DNA of 64,000 bases from Octopus vulgaris. Taxonomy: Eukaryota. Shown here in pieces: positions 13,026 through 26,059 of this stretch. Location: assembly GCA_951406725.2 (NCBI GenBank), contig OX597826.1, positions 9,486,001 to 9,550,000 of the forward strand. Reading direction: 5' to 3'. Below the pieces are notes generated by a model. The model saw only the letters and a list, made by a program, of their open reading frames with translations, did no database searches and was not told where the DNA came from. Position 1 is the first letter of the stretch; each line of letters opens with the position of its first letter. Made by a program: the position numbers and the translations under genes.

Positions 13026-13849
13026 TACATTTAGTAATATTAATCAGAAGTGCCATAGAGTGGGCATCCTTAGATAAATTATCTGGAGTTTTCTTAGAGT
13101 ACATCTAGTCTAATTTTGACTATAAAGAGTAACTTCCCAACACAAACAGAACACCTTATAATCGTTATTACTTCATTAGTAACAGGTATCAAACATTAGA
13201 AGAGGAAAGTATAAAAATCTTAGATCAGAAAGTTCCCTTGTTTACCTTTTCAAGACTTTTGTTTGCTTTCTGTCAAGTTATTTTGTTCCAACTGTATTGG
13301 AAAATCATAAATGTATTAAATAAAAAACAAAATTTTACTCAATAAATATTTTCTGGTTTTGGTCTATGTCTTTTGGTCTCTGTTGTTTTTCTAGTTAACC
13401 AGTATAAGGGATCAAACTTGAGGTAAAAATTTGCTAATACTTGGAATATTTTTATGTACAGGTAGTTTGAAGTCCTGGTTGTGTGGTTAAGAAACTCACT
13501 TTACAACCATGCAGCTTTGAGTTCAATCCCACTGCATAGCACCTGAGGCAAATGTCTTCTACTACAGACCTAGGCCAGTCATTGCCTTGTAAGTGAATTT
13601 GCTTGGCAGAAACTGTGTGGAAGCCTGTGTGTGTGTGTTTGTGTCTGTTTGTCCCTACCCCAACTGCTTGGTGACTGGTGCTGGTTTATCTTTACATTTC
13701 TGTAATGTAGTAGTTTTGCAAAAAAAAAGAAAAAAACACTTATAGAATTTGGTCAATTTATTCTACTGAGTTCTTCAAGATGGTGCTCCAGCATAGATCC
13801 AGTACAATGACTGAAATAAGTAAAATATAAAGTTAAAGATATTGTAGAA

Positions 13850-14460
13850 TTTTGTAGATCTGCCAGGTGATTTTTTCACAAATTGCATAAGGATATCTGG
13901 TGTTCACTGTCAACTGATAGTCATTTGCATACAAGAATTCTGCTCAAGAATTTTTTTAATAAAGTGCAAAATTCATCCTTTCTACATCGTAATGCTTGTT
14001 TGCCTGTCTTTTCGGTACCCTGATATTTTCTGACTTATTCTTTTTATATTACTTGGCCAGTTTTGTCAAGTCTAAGTCAGAACCAACATCTTCTTGGACA
14101 TTACAAATTTTCTCAGCAGTTGCTGTCAACTTGCTGAAGACAATCGTGCTTCTTTGGGAGCAGGTCAGATATAGCAAGTTCAAAGTGGATGGGCAGAAAC
14201 TTTCCAAGAGCCCAAATTGCCTGCTAAAGAATGGCACTAAAACTTTTGTGATCAGTGACAAATTGATTTCATTGGGTAGTTTTCCTCTCTTTTATTCACA
14301 GGAATACATCTTGCATCTTGGCTCCCACAGGTACACTACCAAGTGGATTCTCCGTTTGAGTGATTTTGTCAAATCTGTATCTCTTCATACATTGCTGATT
14401 CTTTGGTTATTGATGAACCAGGTTCAGTTTCAGCATCTGGTCGTGTGAACTGTGTTATTA
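13850..14460 (-). pseudogene. Highly decayed transposase-like fragment, possibly hAT
   Basis: Frameshifted peptides (SLAGNLGSWK, SDLLPKK, RVPKRQ) loosely resemble the hAT insertion/helical region; no diagnostic motif intact. Confidence 0.3.
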
Positions 14461-14931
14461 TGGTTCTTTTGAAAAATGTCTGGAATGCTTTAGCCCTTCA
14501 GGATTCGGATTAATTTGTTGAATCTATTTATTCACATTGTTTTGAATTAACCATGCTTTTGAGATTTTGATGGTGTTATTGTTTATTTTGGGAATGACAG
14601 TGTAGGTTATGTGTGAGAGGCTGGATCTGGCCAGTCTGAATATAAAACAGGTAGAATATTTGTGCTGGATATAGCCTGTTTAAATGCTAAAAGACTAAGT
14701 TATTGTTATTTTCATCTACTGAATTAATTCTTCTTCTATGCCATTTCTTCAGTTCTAAAAATTGAAAATACAACATAGTGTCAGAAACTAGAGCATTCGT
14801 ATTCAAAGTATTTGTGCAATGTGAATAATAGGAATTATTGGATATGATATCAGACATGATATCTTACCTACAGCAAAGCTCATGCAGATTAAAAATCATG
14901 ACCTAATCTTAAACATTTTTTCCATTCCAAG

Positions 14932-15123
14932 ATACTCATGTGACGTGTTACATCTGTCTCTTGTCGGCGTCAGTTCAGTCATGATGTCACCATTCTATTC
15001 TGACAAGATAATTAAGCAGCCAATGGCAATATACAGAGCAGTAGTGCCAAAGACATCTTCTGGTCCTTTTGTTTTAACAGGATTTAGTCATTTCACATTT
15101 ACATACAAATGTGAAATAAATAA
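14932..15123 (+). CDS. Candidate isolated coding exon, product unknown
   Basis: Acceptor ttttttccattccaAG, donor GTttgt, 192 bp, open and phase-symmetric (YSCDVLHLSLVGVSSVMMSPFYSDKIIKQPMAIYRAVVPKTSSGPFVLTGFSHFTFTYKCEIN); no homology recognised. Confidence 0.25.
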
Positions 15124-16185
15124 GTTTGTGTGTGTTGTTTGTATGAAGAAAAAAGGGTGAAATAAATTAGATTTTACATTTTTTTTAGTGTCATTTCTGC
15201 ACAAGATGGAGATGATCATTGCATATTTCAGGTTGATTACTACACATTTTGGAAACACTGCTTTTTATTTCATATGCTGATATAACATTTATAGCTGTAG
15301 AAACACTGCCAGATCAGACTGGGCCTGGTGCAGCCTCCTGGCTTCCCAGACCCCAGTCGAACTGTCCAACCCATGCTAGCATGGAAAGCGGACGTTAAAC
15401 GATGATGATGATGATCCCAAGAGACTCTAATCTGATTCTCATAACCTCTGATTCATTTTCTCAACCCGCAAGAAATAGCAAACAAAACTCCTTTAAATTT
15501 CACCCTACTTTATCATCATCATTGTCTAATGTCCAGTTCCCCATGCTTGCAATGGACAGAATTTATTGAGGTGGATTTTCTATAGCTGCACTCTCTTGAC
15601 GTCATCAAACCTCACCTCACTTGTTTCCAAATGAGTTAATATTTCTCCATGACCAGACAAGTTTCCACAGAAGATTGGAAATGACGGACACTGCTTGTAT
15701 GAGAATGACACTCCTCAAGTGACATCAAAGCAAGGAGATAGTAAAACACACATGCATGCGCGCGTGTGCACACACACACATAGACACACACACACACACC
15801 AAGCTTCTTTCAGTTTCTGTGTGGTGAATCCACTCTTAAGGCTTTTGTCAGCCAGGGGTTATAGGAGAAGACACTTTCCTCAGGTGCTATTCAGTGGGAC
15901 TGAACCCAAGATCATGTGGCAGGGAAGCAGACCTCTTACCACACAGCCATGCCCACACCTTTATACATGAAAACCAAAATTGTAGGACACATTAGATAAT
16001 GTAATCATAGACACCACACTATAAAGAGGTGAAGGTCATGGCTAGAATGCTTTTAATCACAAGTTTTCTCAATCAAAAAGCTATTTTATAAACACAAGCT
16101 TGGCTATGCCGTTAAGAAGCTTGCTTTGCAACTACATGATTTTGGATTTAGTCCTATCGCAGCACCTTAGGCAAGTGTCTTCTAT

Positions 16186-16413
16186 AAAGCAGCGAGCTGG
16201 CAGAAACGTTAGCACACCGGGTGAAATGCTTAGCAGTTTTTCATCTACCATTATGTTCTGAGTTCAAATTCTGCCAAGGTCGACTTTGCCTTTCATCCTT
16301 TCGGGGTTGATAAATAAAGTACCAGTTATGCACTGGGGTCAATGTAATCAACTTAATCCCGTTGTCCTTGTTTGTCCCCTCTATGTTTAGCCCCTTGTGG
16401 GCAATAACGAAAT
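16186..16413 (+). mobile_element. tRNA-derived SINE family B nested in a SINE A copy
   Basis: Head gagctggcagaaacgttagcac...gagttcaaattc; central gactttgcctttcatcctttcgggg domain; 12-bp TSD aagtgtcttcta (16173-16184 and 16414-16425). Confidence 0.85.
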
Positions 16414-16614
16414 AAGTGTCTTCTACTATGACCCTGGGTTGTTCAATGCCTTGTGAGAAAATTTGGAAGAAGATAACTGTGTGGTGTTGAAGCCTATATA
16501 TATTCTTTATATTCTTTACTAACTTCAACTCAAGAGCTGTGGCCATTCTGAGGCGTGTGTGTGTGTATCTTTGGTGATTGTCTCCCCACTGGTTGACAAC
16601 CAGAGTTGTCTTGT

Positions 16615-16843
16615 TTAACCCTTTAGCATTAAAACCGGTCATATCCGGCCAAAAGTATTCTGCCTGTTTTATGTTCAAACTGGCCATATCTGGTCTCTCA
16701 CACCTACCCTACAATATCGTTTTAAAAATTAGCAGCTACCTCATCGAAATCTCATAGCTACAAGATAATGCATGATTAGTTCAAAACAAAGTGGATGAAA
16801 AAGCATTAATTTTGGTAGAATAGTGGGAACACTAAAGGGTTAA
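16615..16843. mobile_element. piggyBac-type MITE (family 1) inside the same SINE A copy
   Basis: TTAA|ccctttagcatt ... aacactaaaggg|TTAA. Confidence 0.85.
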
Positions 16844-17549
16844 GTCCCTGAAACTTAGGTGTTCAGTAATAGAGACCAGCAGAACAAAGCATCATGCCCG
16901 AAAATAAATACCAGGGTTAGTGTTCAACTAAACCCCACCAAGCAACATCCCAGTTTGGCCACAGTACAATGGCTGAAACCCCATAAAAGGAAAGATGAAA
17001 GAATCAGAAGTTGGCCTTGGCCTAAACAACAGCAACAACAACGATGACCTACTGAACACATTGGAAGTGGATGGAAGTTTTGTTATTAATGTCACTGTTA
17101 CCCATCACCACCTGACTCTTGACAATGTATATAGATAAACAAAGCATATATTAACATCTGTGAGGTCTGCAGTTGGACAATTTGATGATGGAGAGATGTA
17201 ACCTTGAAACTGTGAATAAAATTGTCCTGGGAAAATTTATCTGTTTTATGTTTCTTCCTCATCCACCTACACAAACAAAACACGAAAAAATAAAATAAAA
17301 CAAAATGTCAAAGCAAAGGAAATAGAAATAAAATAAAATGGGAGATCAAAGTTGTGCTACACCCACCCACACATAAACACACATGACATTGTGTATGTAT
17401 TTCTGTGTGTGTGTGTGTGTGTGTGTGTCTCTCTCTCTCTCTCTCTCTACATATATGTATGTATGAACATGTGTATGTGTATATATATATATCATCATCA
17501 TCATCGTTTAGCGTCCGTTTTCCATGCTAGCATATATATATATATACAC

Positions 17550-17584
17550 ACACATGAATGTATACGTATGTAATATAAACATGC

Positions 17585-17630
<46 letters not shown>

Positions 17631-17890
17631 CACATGAATGTATACGTATATAATATAAATATATATAATATACATATATGAATGTATTCATATGTAGGTG
17701 TGTGTATATATATGTATATATATATATATAATATATACACATGAATGTATACGTATATAATATAAATATATATAATATACATATATGAATGTATTCATAT
17801 GTAGGTGTGTGTATATATATATATGAATGTATACGTATGTATATATATATGAATGTATACGTATGTATATATATGAATGTATCCATATGT
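17550..17890. repeat. AT-rich minisatellite (~110 bp unit, about 2 copies plus partial units) within microsatellite
   Basis: Repeated cacatgaatgtatacgtatataatataaatatatataatatacatatatgaatgtattcatatgtaggtgtgtg. Confidence 0.8.
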
Positions 17891-18610
17891 TTATATATAT
17901 ATGTGTGTGTGTGTGTGTGAATGTATTTCTAAGTATGTTTGTGTATGTATGCATGTGTGTGTGTACATGTATGCAAAAGAAGTTAAGTACAAAACCCAGC
18001 AATTGTCTCTGATTAATTTTCAACTGTTGCTAATTAAAGGACTAAACAAAACCATGACATTTTTATGCAAACTTCCGTATACAATTACTGTCCTTTACTC
18101 CCCCTTTTTTTTTTCCCATGTTCCAAATTTCAATGTCTAAACCCTCTGTATATATTTTGACAAGTCTTAGAAATGGCATTCACAGAAATATAGGCCAACT
18201 TGCTAACATATCAAATATATATAATGTTCTTTTGTCATTCAAATCAGCATTGCATTTATTTATGTTATTTCTACTGGTTTGCTGCATTTCTGATATGAAG
18301 GGTGTTGTGGAAGGATTCTGGCCACCCCCAAGTAACTAAACATTGACTGGCACATTGCTATAGAATAAAGAACTGTCAGTAGTTCATGGAGTAAGCAGTT
18401 CACTGTGAGCTGTTGATTGAGAGCATTGAGTCATGTGTAAATAGTAATTGCATTGCGTCTTGTAAATACTTTCTCTCCCCACTGCTTCATTAAATTATAT
18501 ATCCAACACCAGGATATGAAAGTGTTCAGGTTGGACATTTAGAATTTCTTTTTTTTTTTATACAAAACTGAAGAAAAAACCGTTTTAACTTGGAAGACTT
18601 GTTGGCCTCC

Positions 18611-19326
18611 ATGGTGCAGTTGCAACAATAACAACAACAACAGCAGCAACAGCAAATACAACAAAACCAACAGTTGCTGGAATTAATGTTGAAGAAGTCT
18701 GAAGATTCTTCAGGTTTGTACTCACCAGACAGCATAGCAAATTCAATTGAAGAATTCAGTTATAATCCAGAAGAAGGGATTACTTTTTCTGCATATTTTC
18801 AAAGATATGAAGAAATCTTCAAAGAAGAAGGTAAAAATTGGTCTGATGAGAAAAATTTCTGAAAGTTATCCCCTGCCAAACATGAAAAATATAGTAATTA
18901 TATTTTGCTGAAGAAACCAGGTGTGATTTGTTTTGATGTGACAATTAATACTTTATAGAAAATTTTCAGTGAAAGAAGTTCCCTGTTCTGTATTCGCTAG
19001 CAGTGTTTAAATTTGGTCAACAAAGATGATGAAGATTTCATCACCTATGCTGAACAGAGAGTGTGAAAAATTCAAATTAAATGAATTAACCCTGGACATG
19101 TTCAAATGTCTAATTTTTGTTCAAGAGCTAACTGCAAGCAAAGGTGCAGATATATGTTCCCAGATATTAACAAAATTAGAGTCGGACCAGAAAAGAAAGA
19201 AAAAATGCCAAGATCTAATCCATATTCCAGGTGCAGTGGCCTATATTTCAAAAGTAACTGTCCATTTAAAAATATTAAATGCTTCAAGTGTGGCAAGAGA
19301 GCTCATAAAAAATTACACTGTAAAAG
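18611..19326 (+). pseudogene. Gypsy gag relic with Gln-rich N-terminus and zinc knuckles
   Basis: IANSIEEFSYNPEEGITFSAYFQRYEEIF; ...CPFKNIKCFKCGKRAHKKLHC (CCHC); multiple stops and frameshifts. Confidence 0.8.
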
Positions 19327-19329
19327 AAA

Positions 19330-20987
19330 ATCTATATCAGAGATTGCTGCAGCTTCAGATGTCCCTGAGTGCTGAATAGGAGCAGTAATGCGACATAAAT
19401 ATAAAAATGGTAACATGAAAGCAGTGGTTCAGGCCTTTCATTCTCTGATATCAGCAAAAAAATTAATTACAGCCAAATTGAAAAAGAGACTCTAACGATT
19501 ATTTTTTTCATAAAAACCTTTCATAGATTTTTACTCATCAGAAGTTTTCAACTACAGACAGATCATCATCCATTATTATTGATATATGGGTTGAAAAAAG
19601 GAATTACTACCCATACTGCTAATAAGTTGCAATGCTGGGGTACTCTGTTATTAAACTGTGATTAGGACATGCTGATTGTATATCAAGACTGATTTCAGAG
19701 AATGCTGAACCATTTGAAGATACTATGATTGCTACTTTGCAAGTGGAAAATGAAATTTAAAATGTTTTGAGTAATGTTATACGTGAACTGCCAGTCACAT
19801 TGCATGACATAAAATTAAAATCGGAAAACGATAAATTTATTAGAAAAAGGAAAGAAATGCTGAAGGCTAAAACAGATTAAAATATTCACAACACAAATTC
19901 AAATCCATTCTCGATGTGTGACAATGTGTTGATGAATACACAAAGAGTTTTAGTTCCAGTCACACTACAAAAGTGATTACTAAAGGAATTTCACATTGGT
20001 CACCCAGAGATTTCAAGAATGAAGTCGTTAATAAGAAATTATGAATATTGGCCAACAATGGACCATGACATTGAAGAATTAGTGAAAGCATGCAGAGGGT
20101 GCACCCTGACTGCAAAAGCACCTACCACTAAGTGGCAACCATAACCAAAAACAAATATTCCATGGTCCAGGCTGCATGTTGATTATGCAGGTCCAGTTAA
20201 GGGTTCATATTACCTTGTTGTGGTGGATAGTTTTAACAAAGTGGCTTGAAGTGCATAAATGTTAAAAGCTGACACCTGAAGTTACAGTATGTTTTTTACA
20301 CAAATTGTTTGCCAGATATGGTATTCCTGATACCATTGTGTCTGATAACGCAACTCAATTTATATCAGACGAGTTCAGAAAATTTTGCAAAATGTTCATT
20401 ATAGAAGATGTCACCACTCCGCTGTATCATCCTAGGTCAAATGGACAAGCAGAGCGTTTTGTTGATATTTACAAGAGAGTGTTGGAAAGGTGAACTAAGA
20501 AGTAACAGAAGACCTTGAACTTCAACAATTTCTAAGAGTGTACCGAGTAACACCTACTCCAAATACACTGTCTGGAATGTCACCCTCAGAATTGATGTTT
20601 GCTAGAAAAATCAGATCTGTCTTTGATAAGTTGCTAGCGAGTGAAAATATAAAAAAAAGGTGAACAACAAATATACTTCAAGTTAGGTGAGAAAGTTTTT
20701 TTTAAGGATATGGTAAAGAAAGCTGGGGTGACGATATAATAATTAAACAAATTGAAAGAATGTCATTCCTGGTAAAAGGAAAAAATGTCAAACATAAAAG
20801 ACATATTAACCAACTTAAAAAAATATTCACGGGAAAAATAGTCACGAGAAATGAAATCCCCATGGAAGTATTGTATGATACATTTGAGGTACCAACACCC
20901 AAACAAGTTGAAACTACATGTTCTAGCATCAGAAAACAGAAAAGAACAGAAACACTGAAACTGAGCCTTAAGTGCAAGAAATACTAA
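19330..20987 (+). pseudogene. Gypsy RNase H plus integrase relic
   Basis: NYSQIEKE and QTDHHPL (RNase H); HIGHP...CRGC zinc-binding motif; PWSRLHVDYAGP, IVSDNATQF and HPRSNGQAERFV (DDE core). Confidence 0.9.
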
Positions 20988-21429
20988 AACTCTGAGTGGA
21001 GTTTAATTGTTAAAAGGGGAGATGTTGTGGAAGGATTCAGCCCACCCCCGAGTGATTAAACGTGGACTGACACATTGCTATAGAATAAAGAACTGTCAGA
21101 GCATTGAGTCTCATGTAATAGTAATTGTATTGTGTAAATACTTTCTCTCCCCACTTTTTTGTTAAAATATATATCGAACGCCAGGATATAAAAATGGGTG
21201 ACAAGGGACCATCTGTAACTCAGTGAACTTAGTTGGAGGAGCACTGGATTTTTATTTTTTCCAAAGTTTACATCCTTTGCTGTGATATCTAGTAAAAGAT
21301 GTAAGTTTGCTTCCCAGTCACGTATTTTTAGGTTCAATCCCACAGTGTGGCACCTTGGGCAAATGTTTTCTGCTACAGCCAACCTAAACCTTGTGGATGG
21401 ATTTGGTACATGGAAACTGAAAGGAGCCT

Positions 21430-21465
<36 letters not shown>

Positions 21466-21743
21466 TGTGTTGGTGTCTGTGTTTGTCCTCAACCACTGCT
21501 TTACAACCAGTGTAGGTGTGTTTACATCCCCATGATATAGCAGTAGTTCAGCAAAAAAAAGGTCAATAGCATAAGTCCCAGGTTTAATAAAGTAAGTACT
21601 GAGGTTAATCCATTCAACTAAAATTCATCAAGGCAGTGCTCCAGCATGGCCACATTATGATAACAAAAACAATTGAAAGATAAAAGATTATTTATATATG
21701 TGTAAGTAGGTAGTGTGTGTAAGATGGGCTTTCACACAGTTTC

Positions 21744-21972
21744 TTATTTCTTTATTGCCCACAAGGGGCTAACATAGAGGGGACAAACAAGGACAGACAA
21801 AGGGATTAAGTCGATTAGATCGACCCCAGTGCGTAACTGGTACTTAATTTATCGACCCCGAAAGGATGAAAGGAAAAATTGACCTCGGCAGAATTTGAAC
21901 CCAGAACGTAAATTAGGCGAAATACTGCTGAGCATTTCGTCCGGTGTGCTAACATTTCTGCCAGCTCGCCGC
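21744..21972 (-). mobile_element. SINE family B, full length
   Basis: Reverse complement of the 16186 element; TSD cacacagtttc on both sides. Confidence 0.85.
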
Positions 21973-22907
21973 TTCCACACAGTTTCTGCCAACCAAATTT
22001 CAAGCTCTCATGGTGCTGCTTAACTTAAAGTGATAGTAAAGAACACCTACCAGTGGTGACATGCAATAAATCAAACCTGGTTGTGAGGTGAAATCAAGTA
22101 TGGGTTAGCCCGACATGCAGGACATCCTGCCTGTCACCAACCGATGCCTGTTTCCAAGTAATGTAATATTTCCTGATGGCCAGACATAATTTTGCAGAAT
22201 ACTGGAAATGAATAACATTCATTAACAACAATCATGTGATGCCGAAACAAGGAAACGCAAACATACACACACTCACACACACATGCATGCATACACATGC
22301 ATGTGCATATGTTTCTTTCAATTTCTGTCTGCCACATATGCTTAAAAAAAGTTTTGGTCAGCCTGGAGGTATGGTAGAAGACACTCGCCCAAGGTGCCAT
22401 GCGGTGAGACTGAACCTGAAACCATTAGGTTGAGAAGCAAACCTCTTAACCATTCAGCCACACCCAATCTATTTCACTGTATTTCAATGACATTCAATTC
22501 AAGCCTTGAGAGATTTTGATATTATTTTATTATTGTTACTCTTGTTATTATTTATTGTTATTGTTGCTTGTTTTGTTTTTCCTTTCTTTCTTTTTCTTTT
22601 AGTAACATATAGCTCCTAACTAAATTGCGTTCCAGTTTACTAAATAGCTGTTGGGTCACCTAACCAACTTTTGTTATCTTTCATTTTCCTAGTAACATTT
22701 CAGTTTTGTACCACATTGTTCTATTTGTATGCTTACTGTCACACACACACACATAAATATATATATATATATCCCAACTCTCAGATTAGAGTTTGTATAA
22801 AGATGCCAACAAAGTAGCATTTCCTCAACAGGCTCTCTCCCTCCTCTCTCTCTCCCCTCTCCCTCTCTCCCTGTCTATCTATCTCTTTCTCTTAACACAC
22901 ACATGCA

Positions 22908-22951
<44 letters not shown>

Positions 22952-23352
22952 TAGGCATAGGAGTGGCTGTGTGGTAAGTAGCTTGCTTACCAACCACACG
23001 GTTCTGGGTTCAGTCCCACTGCATGGCACCTTGGGCAAGTGTCTTCTCCTATAGCTTCGGGTCGACCAAACCTTTGTGAGTGAATTTGGTAGAAGGAAAC
23101 TGAAAGAAGCCCGTTGCATATATGTATATATGTATGTGTGTGTACATGTTTGTGTATCTGTGTTTGTCTCTCCAACATCGCTTGACAACCGATGCTGGTG
23201 TGTTTACGCGCCTGTAACTTAGTGGTTCGTCAAAAGAGACTGATAGAATAAGTACTAGGCTTACAAAGAATAAGTCCTGGGGTCAATTTGCTCGACTAAA
23301 GGTGGTGCTCCAGCATGGCCGCAGTCAAATGACTGAAACAAGTAAAAGAGTA
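22952..23352 (+). mobile_element. SINE family A, full length
   Basis: Near-identical to 7645-8091. Confidence 0.9.
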
Positions 23353-23377
23353 ACATATATATATATATATATATATA

Positions 23378-23592
23378 TTACTCGGTAGTCAAGATAAAAC
23401 TCTGAGTTTCGGATGCCGAAGTGGAAATCCACAACACCATCTCTAATAGCCAGATAACCGAAGAGATGGTGTTGTGGATTTCCACTTCAGCATCTGAAAC
23501 TCAGAGTTTTATCTTGACTACCGAGTAATGTAACATATTATTGTATAGATAAATTTCCTCTATTTACATAATATTGAGGTCTCTTTCTTTAT

Positions 23593-23594
<2 letters not shown>
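23378..23594. mobile_element. (TA)n-flanked fold-back element with hammerhead-like core (Penelope-like, putative)
   Basis: 67-bp inverted arms 23378-23444 and 23462-23528 with 2 mismatches; core ccgaaga...gaaactcagagtt; tail shared (inverted) with 10981-11185. Confidence 0.65.
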
Positions 23595-23633
<39 letters not shown>

Positions 23634-23699
23634 TAGATATATTTCAGCCAAAATTGGTCCAGGCCATGACTAACTTAATAACACCACCTGATAGAATCT

Positions 23700-24200
23700 G
23701 TTGAATCATTTTTAATTCAAGTTTTGTGGTTGTCAATATACAAACGTTTCCATGAAGAGCCAGTCTTGTACTCCTTTGTTACGGCCTGGAAAACTACAAT
23801 AAACAGAAGCAGGTTGAAAAACTGAGCCATGATGAACACCTGCTTGCACGCAATTCCTCATGAACTTGTTGCTTACTTCACCTTGCTAATAGTATCTCTG
23901 TACATGACTTGCACAGATCTCACAAGCCATTCCTTTTCCACTAACTTTTCTTCGGTAACTATCACTCAACAGATTGTGGAACCCTATCAAAAAACTTCTC
24001 TGGGTCAGTGAATGCTAAGTATGGTTTCGTGCTATTGGTTAGCATCTTCTCTTGTAGTTGTCTCACAAAATAGAAGGTGACAGTGGTACCAAGTCTCAGT
24101 ACAAACCTAAACTGTGTCTCATCTAAACAAATTTTCTTCCTAATTAAGATCCTCTACTTTTTTTCATAACTTCATCCTCCATTTTCATGCATCTGTAGTT
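23700..24200 (-). pseudogene. Decayed RTE-clade reverse transcriptase fragment
   Basis: QFRFVLRLGTT...VRQLQEK...YLAFTDPEKFFDRVP corresponds to the QFGF..GRGTT / FVDLEKAFDRVP RT motifs. Confidence 0.8.
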
Positions 24201-24544
24201 GTTTCTTTTTAGAGAATTTCCTCTGGCGTTGTAGCAGTTGATAATGATGATATTGCTATGCCATTCGTTACTTCCCTGTACAGCTTGATTAACTATTTGA
24301 GTAATTAATGTGTCCTACCCCTCCAGATATTATTAGCACCCCAGCAAATATCATTATTTTTCCCAGTTTTTATATCCTTAATGACTATTTTAATCATTTT
24401 GCTCTTTACTACATTTGCTGTTAAATTTTTCAGTTGCCCAAATTATTTCTAGTTCATACTTTAATCAGTGTCTTTTAAGTTGAATTGATATGTATTATCT
24501 ATTTCATTTTTGTTTTGCTGGTGATGCTTTGCATAGAAGCAGTA

Positions 24545-24756
24545 TTAACCCTTTCGTTACCCTATTTATTTTGAGATGCTCTGTGTTTCAATCAATTATT
24601 TTAGATATAACAAAGAATTTAGTTAAATAACTAAGTTATCATTAAGCTAGTGTTAGGAACATAAATTGTGACTAAGATTTGGTGGAAGATTTTAATTCAA
24701 AACTTATGAAAACAAGCCAGAGGCGGTTTCAGACAGGTTGGTAACGAAAGGGTTAA
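24545..24756. mobile_element. piggyBac-type MITE (family 2)
   Basis: TTAA|ccctttcgttacc ... ggtaacgaaaggg|TTAA, perfect 13-bp TIR. Confidence 0.9.
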
Positions 24757-25611
24757 GAACATTTACAGTAAACAGTCAAATCTCATTTCTCTGTATCCTA
24801 GCATTTATTCCACTCCTGTTCAGGGTCCACTAATATTCATATTGATGCAACCAAGATGTTGTTCAAACCAACGTGCTACTCCATCTGACACTGGAGGCTT
24901 GTCACTATCAATTATATCCTGAAGACCCTGTTTCCCACCTCAAAAAGACTAATGACAAGAGGTGGAATTTGGACCCAAAATATTGGGTTGGCCAAAAAGT
25001 CCGTTTGTTTTTTTTTTAGTATCAACTGTCTGGTCTTCTAATCACTGTTCCGATATTCTTTTTCTTTAGAAACTATTCGGTATAACGACCAAGGTTACAT
25101 CAGTGTGTAACAAGCCTCAAAGGAGAGAGATTGCAACTCTCAATAAGTATCAAAAGATTGTTTGATCAGTAACCTCTTGCCATGGGTCTGTACCAGAAGA
25201 GCCACTTAGCAACCACAACATTAGTAGCAGCAAAAGAACAAAATGATATAAGTATAGCAGCACAATTTTTGTCCTTAATAAGTTAAAAGAAGGGTAACCA
25301 CTACAATCTTTGCCCCACTCTACTGTTGCTGACATTCATGCCATTGATGCACAGGTTGTATTTTCATGATTTAATATGGACAAGGAAGATGATTCTAAAC
25401 AGTTATAGCTTCTCAGGAGAAATTTTTTAGTGACATATTTGCTTCAAGGTCTGAGGAATATGGCAAAACTGTAAAGATTGAGAAGAGGATGAAGGTAGGG
25501 AAAGAAAAAGGTAATATTTAGTTGCTGGTAATTTGCGGTAGAAGAGGCAGGGAAAAAAAAAACATCAGTATGTCAGATATGTTCTGTTTTGTGTGTCATC
25601 TGAGAATATTC

Positions 25612-26059
25612 TTAACCTTTTAGCATTTAATCTGGCTGCATCCAGGCCAAATTATTCTACCTGTTTTATGCTAGAACAGACTAAATCCTGCTTCTTACAC
25701 CTGCCCTGCAATGACCTTCTAAAAATAAACAATCACATCATCAAAATCTAGAAGCTATGAGATAATGCATAATTTTTTTTTTCTTTACTGCCCACAAGGG
25801 GCTACACACAGAGGGGACGAATAAGGACAGACAAACGGATTAAGTCGATTACATCAACCCCAGTGCATAACTGGTACTTAATTTATTGACCCCGAAAGGA
25901 TGAAAGGCAAAGTCAACCTCGGCGGAATTTGAACTCAGAACATAACAACAGACGAAATACGGCTAAGCATTTCGCCCAGCATGCTAACGTTTCTGCCAGC
26001 TTGCCGGTGAATAAATAAGCATTACATTTGCCAAAGTAATCTAAATGCTAAAGAGTTAA
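25612..26059. mobile_element. piggyBac-type MITE (family 1) with nested SINE B (~25783-26005, -)
   Basis: TTAA|ccttttagcattta ... taaatgctaaagag|TTAA. Confidence 0.75.

Larger units (their letters stand above)
18303..21193 (+). mobile_element. Ty3/Gypsy LTR retrotransposon, internally deleted and decayed
   Basis: Direct LTRs both starting tgttgtggaaggattc (18303-~18521, 21023-~21193); polypurine tract aaaaggggaga before the 3' LTR; imperfect 5-bp TSD aaggg/atggg. Confidence 0.92.

Noticed and set aside
5926-13185. Plus-strand exon chain (5937-6071, 8170-8227, 13100-13186)
   Set aside because: Individual splice-like signals exist, but the phases do not connect consistently to the 14932 candidate and the peptide is unrecognisable
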